Shown piece by piece: positions 19,422 through 29,945 of a stretch of DNA of 64,000 nt. The position numbers were made by a program, and so were the translations under genes. The notes beneath the pieces were generated by a model that was not told the DNA's origin, searched no databases, and saw only the letters and a program-made list of their open reading frames with translations. The stretch's first letter is position 1. The number at the start of each line of letters is the position of its first letter. The DNA is from a virus (Duplodnaviria > Caudoviricetes). The stretch lies in IMG/VR virus record IMGVR_UViG_3300035501_001483, one strand, 5' to 3'.

Positions 19422-21188
19422 ATGGCAGTCATTATCAATGAAAACACAACACCCCAAGAAGAAAACACCGCTGGCTATGTAGCGGTTGCCAACGATAAGG
19501 GAGAGTTCCCTCTCACACCCGTTGGCGTTACTACCACTTATGATGCCGGCGTTACAGCCATTGCCGGCCCTGGCACCATTGCCGAGAACGGCCTGAGCCA
19601 AGATGCTGGCGAAACTACCACAGCATCCACTTCCGCTGAACCTGTCATTGTCCATACCAATGAAGAGGATAAAGGTGAAGCCAATGAAACCGAGGTCGAA
19701 ACCGGAGAAACCTCCGACGGAGAAGAAGCAGTGGCCAGTGAAGAAACCGACGGCGAACTTTCAGAAACGTCGACGCTCTACGAAGAAGACGTCGCTGACT
19801 TCGAAGTCCTGAAGAAGCTGCCCTACATTGACCTCTACAGCAAGTGCTCTGAGGCCAAGCACAACATCGAAGACCTGAAGAGCAGCAAAGAGATGATGGA
19901 CCAGATCGGCGACCTGAGCGATGAGCAGTACGCTGCCAAAGTCGCTCAGATGGACGAGGCCCAGCGTCAGAAGTACGAAGGCAGCGTGAAAGACTTCTAC
20001 GCGAAGTACCCCCGTATGATGACACAGGCCCGTCGCGTCAAGGCCCTTCTGGAGAAAATGGTGGCCATTTTCCCTCAGGAGTTGGTGGGCTCTACAGCCT
20101 TCATTTCTAAATCTATGGTGGAATCTGCTACCATCAGATTGGAGAATTTGAAGAATGCCAACCCTGTTCCCATCAACCAGAAGATGCTGGTGAAGCGCAT
20201 GGAAGAGACGATGGCGGCTTACGCTGATCGTACCAACTTCGATGTGCTCTTCCACAAGCTGCGCTATCCCAACCAGACGCTGGAGATCTACAAGCAGTTC
20301 ATCAAGGACGGCCCTGAAGAGTCCATGAAGTACATCGACAAGGTCTTCATGCCGGTCTTCAACGACAAGTACATGACCCGGTTTCGGAAGTCCTTCACCG
20401 AGCAGGTGATGCTGGCCAAGGAAGATCCCGAGAAGGTCAATAAGAACGTCATTGACGTCATGGTCTTCTTCATGACCTACTGGCTGGCCAAAACCTATGA
20501 GAAGGAGTACCAGAACGGCAAGTGCGCTGTCGCCAAGGTCTTCGTGATGAACATCTACGACATGGATCCTTCTTCCGGCATCTACGATCTGCCCGGCGGC
20601 AGTGAATACATGATCAACGTCGGCTACACCATCTACATGATTCTGATGGTTTCCACCGGCGGTCAGTTCAGTGAGAAGCAGATGCACAAGAAGATCAATG
20701 CTATTATCGATGATCTGCTGCGCATTCTGGAAGCTGCCAAGAAGGACTGCACGGAGCGCAATCCTGGCAAGAACCTGGACGAGATCAACACCGTTTTGGA
20801 GACTGTCTTCCCTGATGCCAACGTCGATAACCTGATCGAGCTGGACGAGCGCGGCGAAGAGTGTTCCGATGCCGACCCCAGCGTTGAGGCTACGCCTGAA
20901 GATGCTGAGAACGGTGGCGAAGATGACGGCGAAGATGCGGAGCCTGAGGAAGGCGACGATGCTGAACCTGAAGAAGACGGCGAACCTGAGGACGACTCTG
21001 AAGATGGCGACGATGCCGAACCTGAAGTTCGGGTACTCGAGAGCCGCAATGATCCCAATCGCCCGCCCATTGAGGACGACGAGACAGTACCTGCGAGTAA
21101 TTTCGATGCTGCCAAGCCGGAGGATCCTGATACGATCCCCGATACGGTGCCTGATACTGAGCCGGCCCGCAGAAATATTGCCAATTAA
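19422..21188 (+). CDS. Hypothetical protein with acidic termini
   Basis: 588 aa; strong codon bias; DDAEPEE repeats. Confidence 0.75.
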   Translation: MAVIINENTTPQEENTAGYVAVANDKGEFPLTPVGVTTTYDAGVTAIAGPGTIAENGLSQDAGETTTASTSAEPVIVHTNEEDKGEANETEVETGETSDGEEAVASEETDGELSETSTLYEEDVADFEVLKKLPYIDLYSKCSEAKHNIEDLKSSKEMMDQIGDLSDEQYAAKVAQMDEAQRQKYEGSVKDFYAKYPRMMTQARRVKALLEKMVAIFPQELVGSTAFISKSMVESATIRLENLKNANPVPINQKMLVKRMEETMAAYADRTNFDVLFHKLRYPNQTLEIYKQFIKDGPEESMKYIDKVFMPVFNDKYMTRFRKSFTEQVMLAKEDPEKVNKNVIDVMVFFMTYWLAKTYEKEYQNGKCAVAKVFVMNIYDMDPSSGIYDLPGGSEYMINVGYTIYMILMVSTGGQFSEKQMHKKINAIIDDLLRILEAAKKDCTERNPGKNLDEINTVLETVFPDANVDNLIELDERGEECSDADPSVEATPEDAENGGEDDGEDAEPEEGDDAEPEEDGEPEDDSEDGDDAEPEVRVLESRNDPNRPPIEDDETVPASNFDAAKPEDPDTIPDTVPDTEPARRNIAN

Positions 21189-21294
21189 GTCTGCTACAAG
21201 ACCAGTATATCCGAGTGATATACTGGTCTTTCCTCCGCATATCATTAGGATGAAGCCAATTAGAAAGCTTAAATAAAAATCAAGGAGGATCATT

Positions 21295-21801
21295 ATGAAA
21301 ATTGGAAACTTTCTCGTGATGAGCAGTTATTCCAGAACTGGTAGTAACGGCAAGAAGCCCACTTACAAAGCCATGCTGGATGATCAGGTCATCTACGACA
21401 TTGGCACGACGGTACCGGCTATCGTCACCGGCCAGGGGTGCATCGGCATCGCCGTCCCCTATGAGGTTCATCTGAACCAGTATGGAACCGTTGTGTTCTT
21501 CACGCTGCTGGATGCGGCTCTGGTGAGCGACAAGATGAAGGCTCATCTCTACAAGCTCTACAGCTATCAGTCTGGGGAGTTTGATGCTCGGCCCACCGCA
21601 GGACGATCTGACCGTGATACCGCTCGGACTGGCATGGACGCCGCTACCCGCATGATGATGGGCGCTGCACGTGACCCTGAGGAGATTGCAGACGGCAGAC
21701 GTATCAGAAGTGCTTTCCGTCGGGATGATGATGATGACACCACGAGCCTGGCGGAGATGATGCGACGCGCCAATCCTGGCGACCCATTCTTTGACGATTA
21801 A
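21295..21801 (+). CDS. Hypothetical protein
   Basis: AAGGAGG RBS. Confidence 0.7.
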   Translation: MKIGNFLVMSSYSRTGSNGKKPTYKAMLDDQVIYDIGTTVPAIVTGQGCIGIAVPYEVHLNQYGTVVFFTLLDAALVSDKMKAHLYKLYSYQSGEFDARPTAGRSDRDTARTGMDAATRMMMGAARDPEEIADGRRIRSAFRRDDDDDTTSLAEMMRRANPGDPFFDD

Positions 21802-21968
21802 AAAGTATCAAACGCCGCACTAAATTTTAATTATTCTCGCATATCATCTATGCGAGATTCCACAACGTAACTGAGAAACCATGAATGAAGCAACTCGCGA
21901 CTGCAACAGACATCGTAGCTTGGCTATGGAGTGGAGAAATTATTTCTTTCTAGAAAGGATGCATAACC

Positions 21969-22229
21969 ATGAAGAAGATCAACTTGACCAAGAAGGACAT
22001 TGGACTGGCCGCAGGTCTGGCAGTTGTCGGCGCTGGCGTCGGCGTGGCTGTCAGCAAGCTGACCACCAAGAAAGAGGAAGTTGCCGCGGACGAAGCCTAT
22101 GAGGGCGACTCCTGCACCGATCTGGACGAGGCCGCTGCCGGCATTGATGCCGAAGAGGGCTCCCAGCCGGACGCTTTCGTGCCTGGCGCCCCTGTGGAGC
22201 CGGACGAAGAGAAGTCCTTCCAGGTTTGA
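21969..22229 (+). CDS. Small single-pass membrane protein with acidic tail
   Basis: RBS; hydrophobic helix; followed by a terminator at 22240-22275. Confidence 0.7.
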   Translation: MKKINLTKKDIGLAAGLAVVGAGVGVAVSKLTTKKEEVAADEAYEGDSCTDLDEAAAGIDAEEGSQPDAFVPGAPVEPDEEKSFQV

Positions 22230-22345
22230 TCCTGCTCCAAAGAGAGGACTACCCACCATGGGTAGTCCTCTCTTTATTGGGATGGGCAGATGTGAAACTT
22301 TCTTTTTTTGACATTTGGATAAAGTATTGCAAAGGAGCATGAAGC

Positions 22346-22597
22346 ATGTTTCTGGACGAATTGAAAGCCGCAGTCGAAAGTGACACCTCTGACGTGGATA
22401 ATGCCAGGAAGTTCGTATGGGAAGTGGGAAAGCTCGCCAAGAAGTTTGGAGTGAACTACTTCGTGGTTACCGATGGTGCTTCTGGCATTTCCAATAGAGG
22501 GAATCCCGCGGTCAAAGCTGCTCGCGATGCTCATATCCAATGGGAGAAAGAACATGGCGGCGATCCTGATGAAGATTGGGCGGACACGATGAAATAG
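22346..22597 (+). CDS. Small late protein, putatively virion
   Basis: Late promoter 22310-22322; AAGGAG RBS; AVES motif. Confidence 0.65.
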   Translation: MFLDELKAAVESDTSDVDNARKFVWEVGKLAKKFGVNYFVVTDGASGISNRGNPAVKAARDAHIQWEKEHGGDPDEDWADTMK

Positions 22598-22637
22598 CAA
22601 AAAAGAAGAGAATCCAAGTGGATTCTCTTCTTTCTTC

Positions 22638-23114
22638 TCAGAAGTGCACGCCGCAGACAGGGCACACTTTCGCGGTCTCTTCGATGTACTGCCCGCAGTT
22701 AGGGCAATCGACTACGTGGTGCTGTAAGCTGAGGACTACGACCTTGACATCGTGTCCTTCGGCGTCCTTGTCGGTCTTCACGGATACGCCAGTGATACCC
22801 ATCCACTGGTCGTATTCGCTGTAGACTTCCATCGGGAGGTGGTCAGGGCCAGGAATCACGCGACCAATGGAGATATTGGCCATGCTCTTGATGTCGTACA
22901 GGGAGTTGCAGTGGAAGGTTTCCTTTGCCAGGGGAATAAGGTCATTGGCGCCGTTGGAGTAGACACCGAGGCCGCGCAGGTAGACGCACTCGACCTCAAG
23001 TGTCTCGCCGTCCTCGGTATATTCACCGACGACATAGGCGTCTACGTCAGCCCAGTTTTCGCCGAGCTTGGATTTGAGCTCATTCATGAGCTCTGTGAGT
23101 GTTAGCACGTGCAT
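22638..23114 (-). CDS. Early protein with C-terminal zinc ribbon
   Basis: CPNCG...CPVCG; early promoter 23161-23190. Confidence 0.7.
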   Translation of the reverse strand: MHVLTLTELMNELKSKLGENWADVDAYVVGEYTEDGETLEVECVYLRGLGVYSNGANDLIPLAKETFHCNSLYDIKSMANISIGRVIPGPDHLPMEVYSEYDQWMGITGVSVKTDKDAEGHDVKVVVLSLQHHVVDCPNCGQYIEETAKVCPVCGVHF

Positions 23115-23160
23115 AATGCAATCTCCTCTCTATAATTTTCTCTCGTGCTTCTTCATAAGA

Positions 23161-23221
23161 ATGATATGTCGGCCCAACTGGCGTAAATACGGTAGAAATG
23201 AGGCCAAAAACATCCCCATAA
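23161..23221. promoter_or_regulatory. Back-to-back early (minus, 23161-23190) and late (plus, 23209-23221) promoters
   Basis: GTATTT-N17-ATATCAT and AACA TCCCCA TAA. Confidence 0.7.
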
Positions 23222-23244
23222 ATTTAAGGAAGGAGGTTCTTCCT

Positions 23245-24003
23245 TTGAACGAGTTTATTCGTCAAGAAGATAAAATCTATCTGAATGTGCCCTATGCTGA
23301 GGCATATCTTCCCAAGAAGCTCTTTGATGACCCCGATGATACCGAGACGGCATCTACCATTGCTACCCAATATGGCGATGGCTTCAAGATTGTGGGCATC
23401 TTCAACATCCGCTTCTTCGATTCGGATGATGCTCCTCGGGAATCTACTCCGCTGCGCACCTTCAACTATCCCAATATGATTATGACCTATCCGACCGATT
23501 TCACGGTCAAGACGCTGATGCTGACGCCCACTCAAGAAGAGCCGGAACCCTACATGATTCTGCGCTACTACATGGGCGATGTCATCATGAACGCTGAAGA
23601 GGTGCAATCGGCTGGTAACTGCGCCAAACTGCTCAACATGATCACCAAGGGGAAGATCCCGAGCACCATTCCCTATGATCGATTTGTGGAGATTTGGCAT
23701 GCCAACTTCGACATCAATAACTTCAATCCGCAGGTTCCTTCTGTGGTCATGCAAATGATCTGGGCTGAGATGTGCAGATGTCCCGAAGACATCACCAAGC
23801 CCTATCGTCTGAAATGGGGCCAAGGCAATGCCGATCCCAACGGCTACACTGAGACCAATATGAATAACGTTGCTGCCGCAACCTCCGTCTTCTCTGCTCT
23901 GGCATTTGAACGTGTGAAAGAGAAGTTGGCTTCCTCTATCAACATGAGCAAGACCGGTGTGGAGCAGCGGCGTTCTCCTGTGGAAGAAGTGCTTACCATG
24001 TAA
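23245..24003 (+). CDS. Virion RNA polymerase beta' C-terminal subunit
   Basis: TTG start with AGGAGG RBS; SVFSALAFE resembles beta' SFISAASFQ; QMIWAEMCR resembles EVIVRQM; late promoter. Confidence 0.65.
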   Translation: MNEFIRQEDKIYLNVPYAEAYLPKKLFDDPDDTETASTIATQYGDGFKIVGIFNIRFFDSDDAPRESTPLRTFNYPNMIMTYPTDFTVKTLMLTPTQEEPEPYMILRYYMGDVIMNAEEVQSAGNCAKLLNMITKGKIPSTIPYDRFVEIWHANFDINNFNPQVPSVVMQMIWAEMCRCPEDITKPYRLKWGQGNADPNGYTETNMNNVAAATSVFSALAFERVKEKLASSINMSKTGVEQRRSPVEEVLTM

Positions 24004-24042
24004 ACCAGCGTTGCATTCATTTATATTGAAAGGGTGATCATC

Positions 24043-24450
24043 ATGGCAGATTTTGCAGATAGCAGACTGCAAGTATTACGGGAAATTAACGATACCACAA
24101 AGACGGTGAGAGCTGGCTATAAAGCCAAGCATTACGTCCAATGCTCCAACGCCTTGATGAAAGGTATCGACCTGATGACAGACCTTTTGCATCACGCTGA
24201 ACTGTACCCTGATGATATTGACCAGATGAAGAAGTTGGCTCATGGCTTTAAGAAGCTGGAGTTCCCCACGATGAGCGGAGACTACATCATCTCCTCTAGT
24301 CAGTACATCAGTTATCCCAACACGGAGAATTTCGCAAGCCTTTGCTTCTATATGTATCAGAGTGGGTCCCTCTACAAAGAGTACGCCCATCAGCTGCTGC
24401 GCATCGTTGGCAAGAAGGCTGCGGAGCATCCCTACGTTCGTAAGAAGTGA
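24043..24450 (+). CDS. Hypothetical protein
   Basis: ORF with RBS. Confidence 0.6.
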   Translation: MADFADSRLQVLREINDTTKTVRAGYKAKHYVQCSNALMKGIDLMTDLLHHAELYPDDIDQMKKLAHGFKKLEFPTMSGDYIISSSQYISYPNTENFASLCFYMYQSGSLYKEYAHQLLRIVGKKAAEHPYVRKK

Positions 24451-24553
24451 ATTTATGACGGCTATCTCTCGTAGATAGCCGTCATTTCCTGTCAAAATTC
24501 GTTTTTTTTTTCCGACATTTTCGTAATTCCCCAATACAGGAGGCTCGCTTACA

Positions 24554-25339
24554 ATGGACCAATTCCAATACATGAATGGTGCCGCAGAATCTCTGCTGAG
24601 TATCAACGGCAAGAAGTCCAAGACCGTATATGAGGCCACAGTCTTTGATAAGAGCAAAGGCATGCCCTCATTCAACGAGTACACCCGTTACCTGTACACC
24701 AATCCCGAGGATGCGCTGATGAAGGAGCTCAACGTCCTGAATACCAGTTCCTCCGAGGATGTAAGCAAATCCAAGAAGATCCAGCTGAGCCCCGCCAAGT
24801 CCAAGAACGCTGCCAATATTTCCATTGTGATTTATCAGGTGGACGTGGAAGGCTACAAGCAGGGCCGCTTCCATCGCAATGAAATCGAAAAGGACGATGA
24901 CGGCAAGTTCAGCAATGCTAAGGTCTACAAGACCTACACGCTGGAAGAAGCCGCCTCCAAGTTCGGCATCACTGTCGAGGCGAAGGCCATGGATGCCAAG
25001 GAACGTCGTGCCGTTCTGACTGCCGTCCGCAAGGCCATTACCGACGCCGTCAAGGGCTGCTCCTGGTGCGATACTCGCATCGACGCCAGCGACCGTGACG
25101 ACTTCATCAACGGCGATGAAGATGAGCTCAGCATCGTGTCCTTTGATATCTTCAAGCCCAATGAGAAGAATATCCCCAAGGAAGATGGCGACCGGCGTCT
25201 GGAAGAGATGAATCAGGCCATGATTGCTGGCGTGAAAGCTGGTCGTGATGCAATTCCGGCGGCTCTCAAGAGCAAGTACAAAATCGATACCGATGGCGAT
25301 AAGACCGACGGCGTCATCTATATCCAGGCCAAGGGCTGA
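24554..25339 (+). CDS. Late protein, putative internal head protein
   Basis: Late promoter 24514-24526; N-terminal AAES; strong codon bias. Confidence 0.65.
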   Translation: MDQFQYMNGAAESLLSINGKKSKTVYEATVFDKSKGMPSFNEYTRYLYTNPEDALMKELNVLNTSSSEDVSKSKKIQLSPAKSKNAANISIVIYQVDVEGYKQGRFHRNEIEKDDDGKFSNAKVYKTYTLEEAASKFGITVEAKAMDAKERRAVLTAVRKAITDAVKGCSWCDTRIDASDRDDFINGDEDELSIVSFDIFKPNEKNIPKEDGDRRLEEMNQAMIAGVKAGRDAIPAALKSKYKIDTDGDKTDGVIYIQAKG

Positions 25340-25371
25340 TAGCAAATTACGCCAGCACTTACACCGAATTA

Positions 25372-25582
25372 ACGATGGACGCATCGTGGCTAGCTCCCTG
25401 CATGTAGCTAGCATGCTTGGTATGCAGGTTCACACGCACGCTGAACTATGGTCTGGCTGCCATAAATGACCGTGCCGGCAGGGGACTGCATGAATGGCAC
25501 GGCGGGCGACGCTTTTCTTTCCTCCATAATCTCCTGTGTACCAGCAAAAAAGAAGACTACCAGAAATGGTAGTCTTCTTTTC
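25372..25582 (+). ncRNA. Putative late structured ncRNA
   Basis: Own TACA-N6-TAA promoter (25360-25372), several hairpins, CCTCC tract, terminator; no SD-led ORF. Confidence 0.45.
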
Positions 25583-25588
25583 AACTCC

Positions 25589-26803
25589 TCACGGAGCGTA
25601 GGTGTAGGTGCCAGAGGCATTCTCGGCGCCAGTACCACCTTCATCGTCCACAATCAGACTATACTGGCCATTTTCATTTAAAAACGTCAGGGACATTTGC
25701 TCGGTATCGCACTGAAATTCGATCCACTCGGCGCCACTATTCCAGATATAGCCATAAGCGTCATAGTTCTCCACGGCCCCGCCATTGCCTCTAATGTAAT
25801 GGAACTGATATTCGCCATCAGAGCCATTCGGATAAACAGGATAGAATACGAATCCATTGCCATCATCAGAGACATACGACTCACCATACTTGATGAGGGA
25901 CTCGAAGGCAGCCATCGACTCGTCGTATACTTCAGAGACATCGGAAGTTTCATCATCGGGGTAATCAGGAGAATACGTTGTAGTACCAGGCGCTGCGAAG
26001 AAGTAGGTGTCTCCACTGTCCGTATAGGTGTAATCTCCGCCGCCATAAATCGTCCGGAATATACCATCGATAACGGCGAGATCCAACGCATTATTGGCAC
26101 TGAAGGTGATGCCTGCAAAGTTCATCGTGATGCTATCAGCATTGATTTGCGTATAGTTCTTGGAGAGATTTTCGATGCTGAACCCAATGATGAAAGGTGA
26201 GGTGGTGTAACTTCCATCAGACGCGCTCACGATGTCGATTTCACCTTCCCATGTGACATCACAGCTACCAGCTTTCTTCAACCCATAAAGCGTGGATTCG
26301 CTGAATTCCCACTCGCCGTTAGGGTCGAAGCGATAGAGAGTGTCGTAAAGACTCATGTCGCTGGAATAGGAAGACAGCTTGTAGCCCTTCACGACATCTT
26401 CCATGGACGTGGTAGCCGCACCATTGGTGAAATAGTGTGCTGCCAGTAAGCATGCCGTAACAAGAATGGCCAGGATTATCATGAACCTGGCAAATAGACG
26501 GTATGCATTCTTGACGTGCCGGATTCCGCCCTTGATGCCAATCTCTTCAGCGAGGTCATTGATGGGCGCGGGGTCGCCCTCAATCTGGATGATATTGCCC
26601 AAGCTCAGCATGCTGTTGAGATCTTCGATGAAGATCTGGTAATCGCCGATGCTCTTTTTGATGATCGGCTTCAGCACGTCGATAGCATTATCGCCCATGC
26701 AGGAATACTTGCCGGACCATCCGGACTTGTGAACTGTGAAGCTAAATTGATCGACGTCGATTGACCAGCCAGGGAACTCCATTCTGTTATTTGCTTTACT
26801 CAT
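25589..26803 (-). CDS. Early membrane protein with large acidic extracytoplasmic domain
   Basis: AAGGAGG RBS; TM helix around aa 105-125; early promoter 26857-26886. Confidence 0.7.
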   Translation of the reverse strand: MSKANNRMEFPGWSIDVDQFSFTVHKSGWSGKYSCMGDNAIDVLKPIIKKSIGDYQIFIEDLNSMLSLGNIIQIEGDPAPINDLAEEIGIKGGIRHVKNAYRLFARFMIILAILVTACLLAAHYFTNGAATTSMEDVVKGYKLSSYSSDMSLYDTLYRFDPNGEWEFSESTLYGLKKAGSCDVTWEGEIDIVSASDGSYTTSPFIIGFSIENLSKNYTQINADSITMNFAGITFSANNALDLAVIDGIFRTIYGGGDYTYTDSGDTYFFAAPGTTTYSPDYPDDETSDVSEVYDESMAAFESLIKYGESYVSDDGNGFVFYPVYPNGSDGEYQFHYIRGNGGAVENYDAYGYIWNSGAEWIEFQCDTEQMSLTFLNENGQYSLIVDDEGGTGAENASGTYTYAP

Positions 26804-26910
26804 GATAAATACCTCCTTTATTTCTTTGGGCCTAATTTCTTTCTTGGCTCATAAAAATGATATCTCGATTAAACTGCGGCAAATACTGGGACATTGCCCT
26901 TACCTCCATT

Positions 26911-26923
26911 AACAATCAGCTAA
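26911..26923 (+). promoter_or_regulatory. Late promoter of the sheath-tube operon
   Basis: AACA ATCAGC TAA. Confidence 0.75.
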
Positions 26924-26989
26924 CCACTGTAAAGATCCAAAGTTCGGTAATTTCCCGATCTCTATTACCGATAAAGGAGGTTAATCATA

Positions 26990-29926
26990 ATGCCTAGCAC
27001 GACACAGATTGTGCCCGAGCACGACTATGCTCATGTGATGACAGTTGTTAATGATAACAGCGCCCGACCCACGGACAGTCTGGGATCTGCGACAACTACC
27101 TACTGCAACATGATGTTCGTGTTCAGTTCTCCGAAGGGCATCGATCGTGAGCTGCAGACTGTCAGCGGCGGCATGAGCGCCTTCATTGAGAAGTACGGCA
27201 CGGGCTCATTTGATGCCTATGGTCAGCCGTACCTCAATGCATATGCTGCTGCTAGCACCAACGCAGCCACGCTGCACTGCCTGCGTGTGACGGCCGATGA
27301 CGCTACCTATGCGGTAGGCGCACTGGTTGCCCACTATAAAGCAACACCCGGCTCTCCCTCTGTGACGCCGGAGCCTGTTTCCTCCGACCTGATCGACACC
27401 ATGGACCACGACGGCGTCATTGCAAGTGACGAAGTTGATGAGCAGACTGGTGCCGTCACCATTACCGTGGCGGGAACGGATATTGAGGCGGGCATCTCCG
27501 ATGAAAACGCGGACCTGTTCGGCGAAAACGCTCCCAGCGAGGTCATCGACCTGACCCTCAATCTGGCTAAGATTGCGGCTCTGGAAGATGATAAGACCTA
27601 TCAGGTCACCCAGATCAACCCCGCTCTGGAAGCCTACGTTGGCAAGGATGAGTTCATCTCTGAAATTGACGGCGTCTTCCAGAAGGTGAAGACCTACACC
27701 GGTGCTGCCCTGAAAGAGGGTTACGCCATTATCGTGGGCGCCCAGACCACCGTCAAGCTGACGATCGTGGAGTGGGGCGCTCTGGATCCCGTGGTTGTGG
27801 TTGTTAACAACACCGACCTGGGCATCACTCTGTCCGACAGCCAGGCCGCCGTTGAGGTGGAAGGCGTCGGCAGCAATTACACTGTCACGTTGAGCGGTGA
27901 CGCCGTTCCCGGCGTGATCCATGCTGACCTGTGGGGTGCCATCTCTGGCAACCATGTGGAAGCTGACGTGATCTTCCCCAACCTGGATGCTGACAAGCAG
28001 TATCGGGTGATTCAGACCAATGCCAACTTGGAAATCTACAGCGCCGACCCTGACATCTCTCAGGTGGATGGCGAATGGAAGAAGACCAAGGAGTACAGCG
28101 GTGCTGATATTGCCGACGGCTATGCTGTCCTGGTGGGCGATGGCAAGGGCGACATTGAGCTGAAGGTCTTTGAGGCCGATGGCTTCGTGTCCGAAGCGGA
28201 CAGCGTGCCTGTCTGCGATGTGACCATCGTCAACATGTACACGTTTGTGAGCCAGCATGACGAGGTTGAGACCACCGGCGCCATTGGCGATCCCATTGAG
28301 GTGACCGTCAACGCTGCTGTTTCTTACACCACTACCAGCGCGAAGAGCACCATTCTGCGGGCCACTGCTCGTACCAATAGCGTTCTGCGCAGCATCACTC
28401 CCGATGCAGAGGAAGGTGTACCTGGCCAGATGGACGTGTACTACACGTTCGAGAGCGCTACGGGCGTCACCGATACCACTGCTCTGGGCAGCCTGGTGGA
28501 TGTGGACGGCGGCCCCGATGCCGATGGCTACTATTCCACCAAGATCTTCGAGATTGCGGCACGTGGCCGTGGTTCTTGGGGTAACAACATCCGGTTCGTC
28601 CTGAACAGCTATGCTCGTGGCGACCGGCTGTCTGACTACAAGCACTACACGCTGTCCATCTACGAGATTGACAATGCAACGATGACCAAGAAAGAGGAGT
28701 TCACGGTGGCCTTCAATCGCGACGCTGTTGACAGCGAGGGCAACACCAAGTTCGCCGATTACATCATTGGCGATCCCTATGATTCCTCTGCGTACATCAG
28801 CATTTCCTCCAACTCTAACGCCATCACTGAGATGTTTGCGGCATACGTGAACGTGTTCCCTGACACCTCTCTGACTGAGAAGACCTTCGACCCCATTTGC
28901 GGCATGATGTTTGGCACCAGCCTGACTTATGTGGAAGGTCTGAATATTGACACAACTTCCAACGGCACCGTCTCCGTGTCTGGTGCTTCTGGCATCTCTC
29001 TGGAGAACGGCAGCGACGGCGCTTTCGATATTGCCAATCCCGACCGGCAGGCCGCGTTGAACGACGCTTACCTGAAGGCCTTCTCTGGTGAGATCGACCG
29101 CAACGTCCGTTCTCGGAAGCTGTTCCCCACCGATCTGATTCTGGACGCCAACTACAGCGTCGAGACTAAGATCGCCATTCACGAGCTGGTCACCGAGCGT
29201 CAGGACTGCATGGCAGCCTATGATCTGGGCCTGAACCTGAACACCTTCGCTTCCGTCATGGAAGAGCTGGCCGATGTGGAATCCTACATCTTCTCTCGTT
29301 CGGAGATGATCGAGGGTTACCGCGGCAAGATTCAGGATCCGACGACCTTCAAGATCGTGGATGTTACCTCTACCTATGCCCTCGCCCTGATGTATCCTCG
29401 TCACTTCCAGCAGAACGGCGACAAGCATGTGCCTCTGGCTGGCAGCTCCTATGGTGTCCTGTCTGGCTTTATCTCTGGTACGGCTTACCCCGTCTTCGAT
29501 GACGATCTGGACCAGACCTACCTGGATGAGCTCACTTCTTCCCACGTCAACTTCCTGAAGGTGAATACCAAGAAGCAGGTTGTGCGTGGCGCCCAGAGCA
29601 CTCGTCAGGATGCGGACACCAACCTCTCCGAGGCCAATAACGTCTTCGTGCTGAACGATATCCGTCGGGATTGCGTCCAGCTCTGCGAGCAGTATGAGTT
29701 CAACTTCTCCGAGGCCTCCGATCTCCAGCGCTTTAACAAGGCTGCCAAGATCCTGGCTGAGAAGTATCAGGACGCTCAGGTCTCCTCCATCTCTGCTGAG
29801 TTCAGCATGAACGATTGGGAGTCCGAGCGCGGCATTCTGCACCTGTACGTCGAATTCGTCCACAAGAACATCATCAAGCGTGCTATCGTTGAGATTGATG
29901 TGAATCGTGGCACGGTCGTCGCGTAA
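26990..29926 (+). CDS. Contractile tail sheath protein with two inserted decoration domains
   Basis: 978 aa; sheath-like motifs (SPKG, LRVT, ARGRGSWGN, LENGSDG, ILDANY, YEFNF). Confidence 0.9.
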   Translation: MPSTTQIVPEHDYAHVMTVVNDNSARPTDSLGSATTTYCNMMFVFSSPKGIDRELQTVSGGMSAFIEKYGTGSFDAYGQPYLNAYAAASTNAATLHCLRVTADDATYAVGALVAHYKATPGSPSVTPEPVSSDLIDTMDHDGVIASDEVDEQTGAVTITVAGTDIEAGISDENADLFGENAPSEVIDLTLNLAKIAALEDDKTYQVTQINPALEAYVGKDEFISEIDGVFQKVKTYTGAALKEGYAIIVGAQTTVKLTIVEWGALDPVVVVVNNTDLGITLSDSQAAVEVEGVGSNYTVTLSGDAVPGVIHADLWGAISGNHVEADVIFPNLDADKQYRVIQTNANLEIYSADPDISQVDGEWKKTKEYSGADIADGYAVLVGDGKGDIELKVFEADGFVSEADSVPVCDVTIVNMYTFVSQHDEVETTGAIGDPIEVTVNAAVSYTTTSAKSTILRATARTNSVLRSITPDAEEGVPGQMDVYYTFESATGVTDTTALGSLVDVDGGPDADGYYSTKIFEIAARGRGSWGNNIRFVLNSYARGDRLSDYKHYTLSIYEIDNATMTKKEEFTVAFNRDAVDSEGNTKFADYIIGDPYDSSAYISISSNSNAITEMFAAYVNVFPDTSLTEKTFDPICGMMFGTSLTYVEGLNIDTTSNGTVSVSGASGISLENGSDGAFDIANPDRQAALNDAYLKAFSGEIDRNVRSRKLFPTDLILDANYSVETKIAIHELVTERQDCMAAYDLGLNLNTFASVMEELADVESYIFSRSEMIEGYRGKIQDPTTFKIVDVTSTYALALMYPRHFQQNGDKHVPLAGSSYGVLSGFISGTAYPVFDDDLDQTYLDELTSSHVNFLKVNTKKQVVRGAQSTRQDADTNLSEANNVFVLNDIRRDCVQLCEQYEFNFSEASDLQRFNKAAKILAEKYQDAQVSSISAEFSMNDWESERGILHLYVEFVHKNIIKRAIVEIDVNRGTVVA

Positions 29927-29945
29927 GAAAGGAGGTAACTGAACT

